The notes below the pieces were generated by a model, which was not told where the DNA came from, did no database searches, and was given only the letters and a program-made list of their open reading frames with translations. The translations under genes and the position numbers were made by a program. 48,005 bases of DNA from Neovahlkampfia damariscottae (Eukaryota): contig JABLTG010000017.1 in assembly GCA_016618085.1 (NCBI GenBank), positions 124,001-172,005 on the forward strand. The letters run 5' to 3'. Shown here in pieces: positions 47,745-48,005 of this stretch. Within the stretch, counting starts at the first letter, position 1; each line of letters opens with the position of its first letter.

Positions 47745-48005
47745 TTTGGATTTTAAGTTTGAGTTTTGGGTTTTGGGTTTTAGGTTTTAAGTTTGAGTTT
47801 AAGTTTGAGTTTGGGTTTGGGTTTTGGTTTTGGTTTGGGTTTTGGTTTTGGTTTTGGTTTTGGTTTTGGTTTTGGTTTTGGTTTTGGTTTTGGTTTGGGT
47901 TTTGGGTTTTGGTTTGGGTTTGGGGTTTGGGTTTGGGTTTGGGTTTGGGGTTTGGGTTTGGGGTTTGGGTTTGGGTTTGGGTTTGGGTTTGGGTTTGGGT
48001 TTGGG
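47745..48005 (+). repeat. Telomeric array (TTTGGG)n with proximal TTTTGG and degenerate variants
   Basis: The G-rich strand runs 5'->3' to the last base. TTTAAG/TTTGAG/TTTTAGG variants come first, then a TTTTGG block, then TTTGGG with occasional TTTGGGG. Confidence 0.95.

Overview
Very AT-rich, gene-dense eukaryotic (protist-like) chromosome arm in the standard genetic code, ending in a telomere at the right edge (G-rich strand TTTGGG, preceded by TTTTGG and more degenerate variants). Genes carry tiny GT-AG introns (27-41 nt wherever I resolved them), which fragments the ORF track. Intergenic gaps are often under 100 bp, and a CCAAT/ATTGG box lies near most start codons. The first ~33 kb is mostly conserved housekeeping genes: importin-5, MYBBP1A/Pol5, FANCI, RPA12, a MED28-like gene, EIPR1/TSSC1, a PH-RasGAP, a C2-RhoGAP, DPH2, RPL4, GCP3 and INO1, plus a decayed acyl-CoA synthetase. 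The last ~15 kb is a subtelomeric accessory zone: an LRR protein, a lectin pseudogene, a virus-like intronless ORF, a GH114 hydrolase, a membrane-anchored PstS-like protein, a CAP/EGF surface protein and a His-rich methyltransferase. The standout is one ~1338-aa gene (35474-39624, minus strand) that fuses a cyclooxygenase-type heme peroxidase to a lipoxygenase, with a C2 domain inserted inside the lipoxygenase catalytic domain. A heterolobosean (Discoba) origin is my inference only. All family assignments come from motif recognition, not database searches.
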